Positions 34,251 through 42,120 of a stretch of 42,120 nucleotides of DNA are shown piece by piece (within the stretch, counting starts at the first letter, position 1; the number at the start of each line of letters is the position of its first letter). The stretch spans positions 1-42,120 of the forward strand of contig JASJGK010000127.1 in the NCBI GenBank assembly GCA_033791585.1. Reading direction: 5' to 3'. The translations under genes were made by a program, and so were the position numbers. The DNA comes from SAR324 cluster bacterium. Lineage in GTDB: Bacteria; SAR324; XYD2-FULL-50-16. The notes beneath the pieces were generated by a model that saw only the letters and a program-made list of their open reading frames with translations, made no database searches and had not been told where the DNA came from.

Positions 34251-35894
34251 TTAAGAAGAGATCTCTTCTAAACAACGTAAAACTTCAGGGAGTAATTGTT
34301 TTTTGCGGCTCAAAACCCCAGGTAAATGGAATTTGTGAGCAGCGATTTTTTTATAACTGATCACCCCTTCACCAGGCCCAAACTCAGTGCAGAGCAACAG
34401 GGAATCCTCTTTAATGATATCTGTTACGAGCAACATTGCCCAGTTGAGTCCTTTTTCCGTTTTTACTCTATCTAATTCGGCATAAAGCTCAGCTTCTTTG
34501 GAAGGCAACTCATCTAGGGTAACAACTTCTACTTGTCCAATCCCAACCTTATGGGGGCCTTCTTCAAAGGCTTTAAAATCGGCATTAACGATGTCCGTTG
34601 AGGCTCTGCTACTTAAAGAATCTGTGCTGGAAAATATTTGAATTCCCCATTCTTGGGGGTCAATTCCCAGCTGAGTAGAAAGCTGCTCAACTGCCAGTCT
34701 ATCTTCATCTGTTGTGGTCGGTGATTTTAAAATTACCGTGTCTGTTAAGATACCGCTGAGCAAAAGCTTGGCAATATCATTGGCAAGCTCCACCCCGTTC
34801 ATTTGGTATTGCTGGACGACTAAAGTGCAGGTGGCACCGACAGGTTTAGCGTAGTAAAATACAGGGTTTTTAGTGTTAAATACACCCAATCTATGGTGGT
34901 CTAAAATTTCTAAAATTTCAGCTGTTTCAGCACCTTCTACCGCTTGGGCAGGTTCATTATGGTCCATTAAGATTAGGTTCGGGGCCTGCTTTTTTAAGAT
35001 GTCCGACTTGGTCAAAATCCCTTTTAAAACCCCATCGTGGTCCACAACAGGTAACGCCCCTGCTTCTTCTTTAGAAAGCATGGCGTTTGCTTCTTCAAGG
35101 TCGTCTTCAATGTGAAAAGACTTAGGGTTGTCGGCCATAATAAATTTGGCGGGAACACTTAAGATAACACGGCGCATGGATTCTGCCGAATCATGGCGGC
35201 TGATAAATACCCAACCATCGTAATCGGAAAAATCAATGCCCACATCTTCGCCAACTTCTAAGCCTGTCAAAACCAACAGAGGGATTTTTTTTGCCACAGC
35301 AATGCGAATTAAATTTTCACGGCGGCCCACAACGAGGGCAATTTTAGAGGTGTCTTGCTCAGTCAGCCTACCTTGGAAGCTTTCTAAGCTCATAGCCCCA
35401 ACGAGAACCCTTGCAGGGAACTCTTTCGCAGTGCCTCTTTTAATAAATTCACCCTGCAACACTTCATTTAAATTTTCAGGCCGAATTAAATATTCAGGCA
35501 TTTGGGAATTGGTGCCGCTTAGGTAAAAGTGAGTCAATTCAGGCGTGCCCACCATGCCTAAGAGTTTACCCTCTTTGTCTGTTACAGGGGTGTTTTTGAT
35601 TTTGAAATCTTCCATCATCTTAAAACAAACAGAAAGAGGCGACTCTGCCTGAATGGTTTTTGGCATCTTGGTCATAACATCACCAACCTTGGCGTAGACA
35701 TCCTTAACAAAGCTTGGGGCTGTAACCTTGGTGGCATCAAAAATAAATTTGGTTTGGGCCATCATACTGCCACAGCGAGCAGGAGTATAGTTATTCTCAG
35801 GGTTGATGCGGTTTTTTAAGGCAGCGTAGCAATGGGCGCTAACTACAGAGTCGGTATCAGGGTTTTTGTGACCGATGACTAGGATGTCTTTCAT
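34251..35894 (-). CDS. ppaC: CBS-domain-containing family II inorganic pyrophosphatase (DHH - CBS/DRTGG insert - DHHA2)
   Basis: VIGHKNPDTDSV (DHH motif I), MDHNE, LDHHRLG, an internal CBS pair with a DRTGG-like segment, and a C-terminal DHHA2 region. Confidence 0.82.
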   Translation of the reverse strand: MKDILVIGHKNPDTDSVVSAHCYAALKNRINPENNYTPARCGSMMAQTKFIFDATKVTAPSFVKDVYAKVGDVMTKMPKTIQAESPLSVCFKMMEDFKIKNTPVTDKEGKLLGMVGTPELTHFYLSGTNSQMPEYLIRPENLNEVLQGEFIKRGTAKEFPARVLVGAMSLESFQGRLTEQDTSKIALVVGRRENLIRIAVAKKIPLLVLTGLEVGEDVGIDFSDYDGWVFISRHDSAESMRRVILSVPAKFIMADNPKSFHIEDDLEEANAMLSKEEAGALPVVDHDGVLKGILTKSDILKKQAPNLILMDHNEPAQAVEGAETAEILEILDHHRLGVFNTKNPVFYYAKPVGATCTLVVQQYQMNGVELANDIAKLLLSGILTDTVILKSPTTTDEDRLAVEQLSTQLGIDPQEWGIQIFSSTDSLSSRASTDIVNADFKAFEEGPHKVGIGQVEVVTLDELPSKEAELYAELDRVKTEKGLNWAMLLVTDIIKEDSLLLCTEFGPGEGVISYKKIAAHKFHLPGVLSRKKQLLPEVLRCLEEISS

Positions 35895-36026
35895 AGATTT
35901 TTTACTTTAATCTGTTTAATTAATCTATAAATATGAAGCTTTTTGACCTTTTTGGAAAGGCAAAAAAGCTTAAAGGGGAAAACTCAAAGAGTAAGGTTTT
36001 GAGCTTTTTACAGTTTCTTTAAGCCA

Positions 36027-37823
36027 CTATTTTTTTTCTTGGCCGCCTTCAGAGTCAGTTCCTTGCTCTTCCTTTGGCTTTTTCTCGATTTTAGTATTTA
36101 GGTGGAATCCCTTTAGGGCTTCCCTTTTATAGAACTCTCTTTTATCAAATATATTTAGCACATCTGTATAAACTCTCTGGAATTCTTGCCTGTCTTTCAT
36201 GGGTAAAAGGTCGACTTTATCCTTGGCGTAGTTGTGGAAATAGTCGATGTAGTTACCCATTTCCTCTTCTTTATTGTTGTAGAGTGCACCGAGTAGTAAG
36301 ACTCTTGTGGCACGTGCAGCAATCTTGTCGTCTCGGCCCTTAATAAATAAATTCTTGCCTATGCGGCAGGCTTCATCCAACTCTTCTTCTGCTTCAACCA
36401 CATTTTTGTAATGCATTTGAATGTCAGACATTTGCAGCAATAAATTAATCAACTTCGCCTGGGAAGCCTCAGTAGGGTTATGAGCATTAACGGCTACCAA
36501 AGCCTGGTAGGCTAATTTAAAGCTTACAATAGCGCCCTCAGGGCTGCGGTCTATTCGAAGCATAGAGTCTTTGTATTTTACTACAAAATCTTCACGCTCT
36601 AAAGTGGTATTGAGCCAGCCATCTTTGAATCTAGAGTCATTTAATTCAGGTGGAGTTTTCGATGTGGGGCTTGTGGCAAAATCTTCTTTGTGAACCGAGG
36701 CAAAGAGGCAAGTAGGGCAAACAATAACCCTTGCTAGGTTGTAATCAATGGCATCAAAACCTTCATTAGGGCCATGGTAACTAGGGACCCCAAAAATATT
36801 GGAGGTGATTTTTTGGCTCAAATGCTTGAGTTGGAACATGGGGATATCTGCGGCGGACCCACAAACAAAACAATGAACTTTTCTGATTTGGATTGAGTTA
36901 TTGTCTGGGTGTGTGGTCAAGATGCCTTTGGCTCTGTCGGCTTCATCTTCAAGGCTTGTGTTGAGTCGCACATTTTCAATGAGGTCCATCTCTCTTTTTT
37001 TCCAAGAAAGGCGTTTGTTCATCCAGTCCATTAGCTTATTGTAAGCTTCAGCCTTCATACGACTCACATCTGTGAGCAGTTTAATATGCTGTTGGGCAGC
37101 GTAGGATAAATCACCTCGGGAGACAGAAATCATAATTACTTCCATAAGGATCATAATCAAAGCCTGCTCATGCATGGGTGGTGCACGTTTGATCGGTGGC
37201 CTATGCTGGAGCATCATGTGGTTTCTTAGTGCGATCTGGTCTTCTTTGCTTTCAGTTGAAGCAAAGATAGCCTTTAAAATGTTGATTTCTTTTTCTTCTT
37301 TAATCCCTTCATGGATCAAGGCTGCAATAATGGCATCAATGTACCACTTTTTTTGATCTGTATTGAGCTTGGTTAAGGGGACAATGCTGCTCTCATCGGT
37401 GATTCTTCGTTTTGCTAATTCCTGCTGGATCTCTTTAATTTGTACGCCGTCAACGGCCCACTCGATCACTTCATTGGTGTAACTGGGGTAAAAATCAAAA
37501 ATAGCACCGATTTTTTTTAAGAGGTCTTTTTCTGTTTCTTCAAATTCATTGTCACTAATGACAACTTTAGTGAGGAGGATAAAAATTTTAGCCCTTAATT
37601 TGGGGCTGAGGTCTTTTGGTTGCTCCAGGGGAGGCTCAACGCTTTTTTCTAAAAAGGAAACTAGGGTTTTTCTCTGGCCTTGGTCTTCAACACGAGAAAG
37701 CACAGACTTAATGTATTTTAATTCTGAAGGAGTGATAATCTGATCGGCTAAAACGACCTTAACAAGGAGTTTGCCATACCAAATTATTTGTTCTTGGCTT
37801 AATTCTGAGAAAAAAGATTCCAT
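36027..37823 (-). CDS. Multidomain hypothetical protein: two TerB-like helical modules plus a DUF2225-like zinc-ribbon/TPR-like C-terminal region
   Basis: LLVKVVLADQIITPSELKYIKSVL and IDAIIAALIHEGIKEEKEINILKAIF resemble TerB/DjlA-N modules. CFVCGS...x50...VIVCPTCLFAS followed by a helical repeat region resembles DUF2225. Confidence 0.55.
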   Translation of the reverse strand: MESFFSELSQEQIIWYGKLLVKVVLADQIITPSELKYIKSVLSRVEDQGQRKTLVSFLEKSVEPPLEQPKDLSPKLRAKIFILLTKVVISDNEFEETEKDLLKKIGAIFDFYPSYTNEVIEWAVDGVQIKEIQQELAKRRITDESSIVPLTKLNTDQKKWYIDAIIAALIHEGIKEEKEINILKAIFASTESKEDQIALRNHMMLQHRPPIKRAPPMHEQALIMILMEVIMISVSRGDLSYAAQQHIKLLTDVSRMKAEAYNKLMDWMNKRLSWKKREMDLIENVRLNTSLEDEADRAKGILTTHPDNNSIQIRKVHCFVCGSAADIPMFQLKHLSQKITSNIFGVPSYHGPNEGFDAIDYNLARVIVCPTCLFASVHKEDFATSPTSKTPPELNDSRFKDGWLNTTLEREDFVVKYKDSMLRIDRSPEGAIVSFKLAYQALVAVNAHNPTEASQAKLINLLLQMSDIQMHYKNVVEAEEELDEACRIGKNLFIKGRDDKIAARATRVLLLGALYNNKEEEMGNYIDYFHNYAKDKVDLLPMKDRQEFQRVYTDVLNIFDKREFYKREALKGFHLNTKIEKKPKEEQGTDSEGGQEKK

Positions 37824-37910
37824 TGCTACCTTGTTAATTCCGAAAGTATTAAATTACCAAGGTTTTTGAATAATGTATATTCCTTAAGCTGCGAGTCATG
37901 ATTTTTAAAC

Positions 37911-37938
37911 AAAAAAAAAGGGACCCGAGGGTCCCTTT
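37911..37938 (-). terminator. Rho-independent terminator after rplL
   Basis: The minus strand reads aaaGGGACCctcGGGTCCCttttttttt. Confidence 0.85.
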
Positions 37939-37960
37939 AGTACTTAAGAAAAGTAATTAA

Positions 37961-38311
37961 TTACTTAACTGCTGCGTCAGCACCAGCTGCTTTAAGCTTC
38001 TCAACAACTTCGTCAGCTTCAGTTTTAGAAACTGCTTCTTTGATTTTGCAATCAGCGCCTGCAGATTCAACCAATTCTTTTGCTTCTTTAAGCCCAAGAC
38101 CAGTTAAGCCACGAACTTCTTTAATAACAGCAATCTTGTTAGCACCGAAGCTAGACATGATTACGTCAAATTCAGTTTGTGCTTCAGCAGCTTCACCAGC
38201 AGCAGCTGCAGATACGCCAAATTTTTCTTCTAATTCTTTAACTAATTGACTTAGTTCAAGTACGGACATTGTTTCGATAAACTCAACAACTTGCTCTTTA
38301 GTTACAGCCAT
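37961..38311 (-). CDS. rplL: 50S ribosomal protein L7/L12
   Basis: [22 protein letters not shown]...[24 protein letters not shown] is the canonical L7/L12 sequence. Confidence 0.97.
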   Translation of the reverse strand: MAVTKEQVVEFIETMSVLELSQLVKELEEKFGVSAAAAGEAAEAQTEFDVIMSSFGANKIAVIKEVRGLTGLGLKEAKELVESAGADCKIKEAVSKTEADEVVEKLKAAGADAAVK

Positions 38312-38332
38312 TTAAATTCTCCTAATGATTGA

Positions 38333-38860
38333 TTATTGTTTGGAATCCGCAACTGCCTGGACAGTTCGGACGAAACTAGCAGGTACCTCGTTTAAGGTAC
38401 GTACAAAATTTGTGATAGGTGCGTTCATTACGTATAGTAACTTGGCAACCAATTCTTCTTTGCTCGGCAAATCGCCTAACTCTTTTATGCCTGAAAGATC
38501 TAACTTTTGACCTGAGCCTGAAGTGACAAGAACGCCGCCAATAATTTCTAGCTTTTCATTCTTTTTTGCAGCTTCAGTCATCACCTTAGCGGTGCCAACT
38601 GCATCTGTTTCACTATAGACTAAGGCACGAGTATGAACAAAATCATCAGTCAAAGTTTCAAAGGGAGTCCCCGTTGCCGCAATTCTGGCAAGGCGATTTT
38701 TAAGTACGCGAAATCTTGCGTCCTTAGCCCAAAGATTTTTTCTAATGGCTGTTAACTCATCTACAGTCATCCCTTGGAAATTAACCAAGACAGCTGACTG
38801 AGCTTTGTTAAAGATCTCTTGAAACTCGGCAATGAGTGCTTCCTTGTGGGAGCGTTCCAT
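38333..38860 (-). CDS. rplJ: 50S ribosomal protein L10
   Basis: L10-like sequence located directly upstream of rplL. I prefer the ATG at 38860 (MERSHKEALI...) over the TTG at 38875. Confidence 0.9.
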   Translation of the reverse strand: MERSHKEALIAEFQEIFNKAQSAVLVNFQGMTVDELTAIRKNLWAKDARFRVLKNRLARIAATGTPFETLTDDFVHTRALVYSETDAVGTAKVMTEAAKKNEKLEIIGGVLVTSGSGQKLDLSGIKELGDLPSKEELVAKLLYVMNAPITNFVRTLNEVPASFVRTVQAVADSKQ

Positions 38861-39164
38861 GAGTATCCTGTGCAAAAGTTTACAATAAACCCTATAAGGG
38901 TTAATTTTATTAAATAGATTATTTGAGGGAAACGATGAGGAGAAATTTGCTTTGAAAAAAACAAACTTAGCTTAATCCTGATCTATCTCGGTAGGATAAT
39001 TAAGAGTAACTTTTAACAGCTAATCCCCTACGGTCTCAGACAATCTTGGGATCAATGGGCTTAAAGCCCTTTGAGGTCTTAAGGCCATCCCGCGGGCGGG
39101 ATAGCTTTAATCTTGTTTCAATTCTGTTTCGAAATTATCTTAACGAATTGAAAATATTTGGTTC
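38861..39164 (-). promoter_or_regulatory. Structured rplJ leader (putative L10-leader autoregulatory RNA and rplJL promoter region)
   Basis: An unusually long 304-nt spacer between rplA and rplJ. It holds GC-rich hairpins in an AT-rich background: atcccgc-gg-gcgggat at 39087-39102 and gggcttaaagccc at 39057-39069. Confidence 0.45.
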
Positions 39165-39857
39165 CTAACGGAACATATTTTCGTCAACTCTAACACCAGG
39201 TCCTTGGGTACTGTTGATAGAAATACCTTTAATGTAGGTACCCTTTGCGTTAGAAGGCTTTAACTTAACTAGAGTTTCAATTACTGCAGTTAAGTTGTCT
39301 ACAAGCTGGCTAGCTTCAAAAGACATTAAACCTAAAGTACAGTGAATGTTAGCACCCTTATCATTTCTAAACTGAACTTGACCTTTTTTAATCTGAGAAA
39401 TTGCATGAGCAACATCAGCGGTTACAGTTCCAGTCTTAGGGTTAGGCATTAAACCCTTAGGGCCTAAAAGCTTACCAATTTTACCAACTACAGCCATCAT
39501 GTCAGGTGTAGCAACAACACGATCCACATCAGACCAACCAGCTGCAAATTTTTCTGCAAGGTCGTCGCCACCAACAAAGTCAGCGCCAGCGTCTAAAGCT
39601 TCTTTTTCTTTATCGCCTTTTGCGAAAACAGCAACCGTTAAGGTCTTACCGGTTCCGTGTGGAAGGACAACAGACCCTCTAACATTTTGGTCAGATTTTC
39701 TAGCGTCAATTCCTAAGCGGATAGAAACGTCTAATCTTTCGCCAAAAGTTGTACTGGCATATTTTTTACAAAGGGCAATGGCCTCGTCTAAAGTTACCTT
39801 TTGCTCTCGACTGACTTCTTTTGACCAGTCTTTCTTTCTTTTGCTATATTTAGCCAT
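39165..39857 (-). CDS. rplA: 50S ribosomal protein L1
   Basis: Canonical L1 sequence (NVRGSVVLPHGTGK...GKLLGPKGLMPNPK.GTVT). Confidence 0.97.
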   Translation of the reverse strand: MAKYSKRKKDWSKEVSREQKVTLDEAIALCKKYASTTFGERLDVSIRLGIDARKSDQNVRGSVVLPHGTGKTLTVAVFAKGDKEKEALDAGADFVGGDDLAEKFAAGWSDVDRVVATPDMMAVVGKIGKLLGPKGLMPNPKTGTVTADVAHAISQIKKGQVQFRNDKGANIHCTLGLMSFEASQLVDNLTAVIETLVKLKPSNAKGTYIKGISINSTQGPGVRVDENMFR

Positions 39858-39939
39858 CTCCTACTCCTTTGTAGTTCAAACGATGTTAATAAAAATGGGC
39901 TTAGAGTTTAAACTTTAAGTCCCTTGGGGTATAAAAAGC

Positions 39940-40362
39940 CTAAGCTAATTCAACGCCCATGCTTTTTGCAGTTCCACGAACTAATTCTTTTGCTGACTCA
40001 AGTTCGTAACAGTTTAAGTCAGGAAGCTTGATCTTAGCGATTTCTTCAACCTGTGCATCTGTCAGTTTCCCAACCTTGATCACGTTAGGCTCAGGTGAAC
40101 CCTTTTCAAGGTTTAAGGCCTTCTTAATTAAAACAGGTGTTGGAGGCGTTTTGGTAATGAAAGTAAAGCTTCTGTCAGCATAAACAGTGATTACAACAGG
40201 AGTAATTGTCCCTGCGTTAGCCTGAGTAGCTGAGTTAAAACTTTTACAAAATTCCATAATGTTAACACCGTGCTGGCCCAATGCGGGTCCAATTGGTGGT
40301 GCTGGGTTTGCTTTCCCTGCTGGAATTTGCAGTTTAATATACCCTGTTATCTTTTTAGCCAT
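39940..40362 (-). CDS. rplK: 50S ribosomal protein L11
   Basis: Canonical L11 sequence ([34 protein letters not shown]). Confidence 0.97.
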   Translation of the reverse strand: MAKKITGYIKLQIPAGKANPAPPIGPALGQHGVNIMEFCKSFNSATQANAGTITPVVITVYADRSFTFITKTPPTPVLIKKALNLEKGSPEPNVIKVGKLTDAQVEEIAKIKLPDLNCYELESAKELVRGTAKSMGVELA

Positions 40363-40428
40363 GATTACCTTTGGGAGCCTTAGCCCCTTTTTTTATGTTC
40401 GTTCTAGTTAGTTTAGTTTAGAAACTCG

Positions 40429-40974
40429 TTATTCTTCTAGTTTAACTTTGTCAAAGGTGAGCTCTAATGGAGTTGAACGTCCAAAAATGCTTACCAAGAC
40501 AGATAATTTATTATGTTCAGGGTCAACCTTGTCGATGATGCCGCTAAAGTCAGCAAATGGCCCTTCTACAACAAAAACTTTTTGTCCTATAGTATAGGTA
40601 CTGTCAATCTCTTGCTGTTTAACGCCTTGGTCAATTTGACCACGGATTGCGTTAATTTCTTTTTCAGCAACAGGTAAAGGGTGTGCTTGGTCTTGGCCGA
40701 TAAAACCTGAGACACGGGGCACTGAGCGAAGTACATGAGATAGCTCATCACTTAGTCTAGCTCTAATAAAGATGTAACCTGGGTAATAGGTTACATTACT
40801 TACCCTTATTTTATCTTTCTTTTTGGTAGTAACTTCTTCTGTAGGGATAAAAATCTCTTCTACCATTGAAGTTAAACCTGTTAGTTCTAGTTGTTCTAGA
40901 ATCAACAGTTTCACTTTTTGCTCATGCCCTGCATAAGCTTGTAATGCGTACCATTTAGGTGTTAGTTCAGTCAC
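40429..40974 (-). CDS. nusG: Transcription termination/antitermination factor NusG
   Basis: WYALQAYAGHE NGN start, a KOW region (GQKVFVVEGPFADFSGIIDKV), and the secE-nusG-rplK context. Confidence 0.95.
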   Translation of the reverse strand: MTELTPKWYALQAYAGHEQKVKLLILEQLELTGLTSMVEEIFIPTEEVTTKKKDKIRVSNVTYYPGYIFIRARLSDELSHVLRSVPRVSGFIGQDQAHPLPVAEKEINAIRGQIDQGVKQQEIDSTYTIGQKVFVVEGPFADFSGIIDKVDPEHNKLSVLVSIFGRSTPLELTFDKVKLEE

Positions 40975-40977
40975 AAT

Positions 40978-41163
40978 TTATCCAATTACAAGTTTTACTA
41001 CTTCACTTAGGCCATAATCCACAGCGCCTAAAAACACTGCAGTAGCTCCAGAAAGAGCCAATACAACGCCAGTATGCTTAATGGTTAGTTCACGTGTCGG
41101 CCAAGTTACCTTTTTGAACTCGTTTCTAACATCGTTTAAAAATTTTTTAATACTAGCAATCAT
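40978..41163 (-). CDS. secE: Preprotein translocase subunit SecE
   Basis: 61 aa. E..KV.WPTR.E followed by a single TM helix. Located immediately upstream of nusG. Confidence 0.9.
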   Translation of the reverse strand: MIASIKKFLNDVRNEFKKVTWPTRELTIKHTGVVLALSGATAVFLGAVDYGLSEVVKLVIG

Positions 41164-41309
41164 AATTGGTTTTAGTGATGTTTTTTTTGGCCGAAGTTTA
41201 AGTGTTATATTAACACGTCCTTAAATCTCGTTGCCTATATCTTGTGTCTTGGCCAGCTTTAAAGTTTTGTAAACCTAACTCTAAAAGCCGCTGCCATGTT
41301 CTAAAATTT

Positions 41310-41386
41310 TGGCAGGCCAGGGGGGATTCGAACCCACAACACCCGGTTTTGGAGACCGGTGCTCTACCAATTGGAGCTACTGGCCT
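41310..41386 (-). tRNA. tRNA-Trp (anticodon CCA), 3' CCA encoded
   Basis: The minus strand reads aggccagtagctccaattggtagagcaccggtctCCAaaaccgggtgttgtgggttcgaatcccccctggcctgcca. It folds as a cloverleaf with a 7-bp acceptor stem aggccag/ctggcct. Confidence 0.92.
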
Positions 41387-41398
41387 ACAAAAAAAAAT

Positions 41399-41548
41399 CT
41401 ACTTAGTTTCTTTGTGAACAAGGTGCTTGCGGCAAAACTTGCAATACTTTTTCAACTCTAACTTAGCTGGTTTTGCTTTTTTATTTCGTGTTTTGCTGTA
41501 GTTTCTACGCTTGCAGTCTGAACACTGTAACTGAATGATATCTCTCAT
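41399..41548 (-). CDS. rpmG: 50S ribosomal protein L33 (49 aa; not in the ORF track)
   Basis: My manual translation is [49 protein letters not shown], which has the L33 CxxC...CxxC zinc-ribbon pattern and the conserved KETK end. Confidence 0.88.
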   Translation of the reverse strand: MRDIIQLQCSDCKRRNYSKTRNKKAKPAKLELKKYCKFCRKHLVHKETK

Positions 41549-41598
41549 GTTTTTTCTTTAACCGGTTTTTGGTCTTTAAAATATGTAGCCTATAGCTC

Positions 41599-41673
41599 TG
41601 GAGCCTGGAAGCAGGATTGAACTGCCGACCTCTTCATTACCAATGAAACGCTCTACCACTGAGCTACCCGGGC
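41599..41673 (-). tRNA. tRNA-Thr (anticodon GGU), 3' CCA encoded
   Basis: The minus strand reads gcccgggtagctcagtggtagagcgtttcattGGTaatgaagaggtcggcagttcaatcctgcttccaggctcca. The D and T arms are standard. There is one C-A mismatch in the acceptor stem. Confidence 0.85.
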
Positions 41674-41686
41674 CCATAAACTTGGG

Positions 41687-41771
41687 TGGTGGGGAGAGAA
41701 GGAGTCGAACCTTCGAAGGCGATGCCGTCAGATTTACAGTCTGATCCCTTTGACCACTCGGGAATCTCCCC
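41687..41771 (-). tRNA. tRNA-Tyr (anticodon GUA), long variable arm, 3' CCA encoded
   Basis: The minus strand reads ggggagattcccgagtggtcaaagggatcagactGTAaatctgacggcatcgccttcgaaggttcgactccttctctccccacca. Confidence 0.9.
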
Positions 41772-41821
41772 AATTTATAAAGTCTCTTTATCTTACTAAA
41801 GTCCCTTAGTTTCTTATTTTC

Positions 41822-41897
41822 TGGTGCTGGCTGGAGGAATCGAACTCCCGACCTACTGATTACAAATCAGTTGCTCTACCAACTGAGCTAAGCCAGC
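41822..41897 (-). tRNA. tRNA-Thr (anticodon UGU), 3' CCA encoded
   Basis: The minus strand reads gctggcttagctcagttggtagagcaactgatttTGTaatcagtaggtcgggagttcgattcctccagccagcacca. Confidence 0.9.
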
Positions 41898-41921
41898 ACA
41901 AAAAAAGTAACTGAATAAGAA

Positions 41922-41950
41922 ACTTTATTCACAAAGATAAACCTTGTCAA
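41922..41950 (-). promoter_or_regulatory. Putative sigma-70 promoter of the tRNA-rpmG-secE-nusG transcription unit
   Basis: On the minus strand, TTGACA (41950-41945), a 17-nt spacer, then TAAAGT (41927-41922). It lies about 25 nt upstream of the first tRNA. Confidence 0.5.
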
Positions 41951-42037
41951 TCCTAATTTGATAAACTAAAAAAAAACTTACACAAGAGCTTTTCTTGTAG
42001 GACAGGAAAATTACTTTGGCAAGGGCTAGGTTAAGTT

Positions 42038-42120
42038 ATGAGTTTAAAAAAAATGGGTTTGGTGTCTTTTGTAGGTAGGCCAAATGTAGGAAAATCGACT
42101 CTACTTAATGCGTTTGTGGG
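42038..42120 (+). CDS. era: GTPase Era (N-terminal 27 codons; continues beyond the window)
   Basis: MSLKKMGLVSFVGRPNVGKSTLLNAFVG is an Era-type G1 motif with its flanks. Der/EngA cannot be fully excluded from 27 residues. Confidence 0.6.
   Translation, partial: MSLKKMGLVSFVGRPNVGKSTLLNAFV

Noticed and set aside
39499-39918. 139-aa plus-strand ORF
   Set aside because: It is antisense to rplA, a universally conserved ribosomal protein gene.
41576-41773. 65-aa minus-strand ORF in the supplied track
   Set aside because: It spans tRNA-Thr(GGU) and tRNA-Tyr. The sequence folds into two canonical cloverleaves, so it is not coding.

Overview
Gene-dense chromosomal window of about 46 CDS and 4 tRNAs. 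GC looks low-40s % by eye (not computed). The host appears to be a flagellated Gram-negative bacterium with a DciA-type helicase loader; I cannot assign a taxon from sequence alone. Most of the window is housekeeping. The right end (37.9-41.9 kb, minus strand) holds the conserved cluster tRNA-Thr/Tyr/Thr - rpmG - tRNA-Trp - secE - nusG - rplK - rplA - rplJ - rplL, with a divergent era start at the edge. Other core genes are dnaB-dciA-rsmA, rlmKL, rbgA, tlyA, a CCA/poly(A) polymerase-family enzyme, pyk, an MsbA-like ABC exporter, a TRAP transporter operon, a CBS-regulated family II pyrophosphatase, two Hsp20 genes and a PreP-like M16 protease (5' truncated). Motility and chemosensory parts are scattered among them: a stand-alone fliM, a hemerythrin-tailed MCP, two single-domain CheY-like receivers, and two unusual loci. 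The first unusual locus (22029-24143) is a tightly coupled three-gene module: a small helical protein with a degenerate MCP-tip-like motif, then two tandem paralogous flavodiiron/ODP-like di-iron MBL-fold proteins. The second (26892-29270) is a CheA P3/P4-like kinase core with no HPt or CheW-like domain, fused to a His-free acidic coiled-coil repeat region; it sits next to a protein with duplicated LIM-like zinc fingers. Non-coding highlights are a family of ~50-nt hairpin-containing tandem repeats at two loci, each in the 3' region of a gene and in the same relative orientation with compensatory stem changes, and a good sigma-54 -24/-12 match with upstream palindromes in front of the Hsp20 pair. 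I saw no integrase, transposase catalytic domain, CRISPR array, prophage or recognisable defence island. All functional calls come from motif recognition in the supplied translations; no database searches were run.
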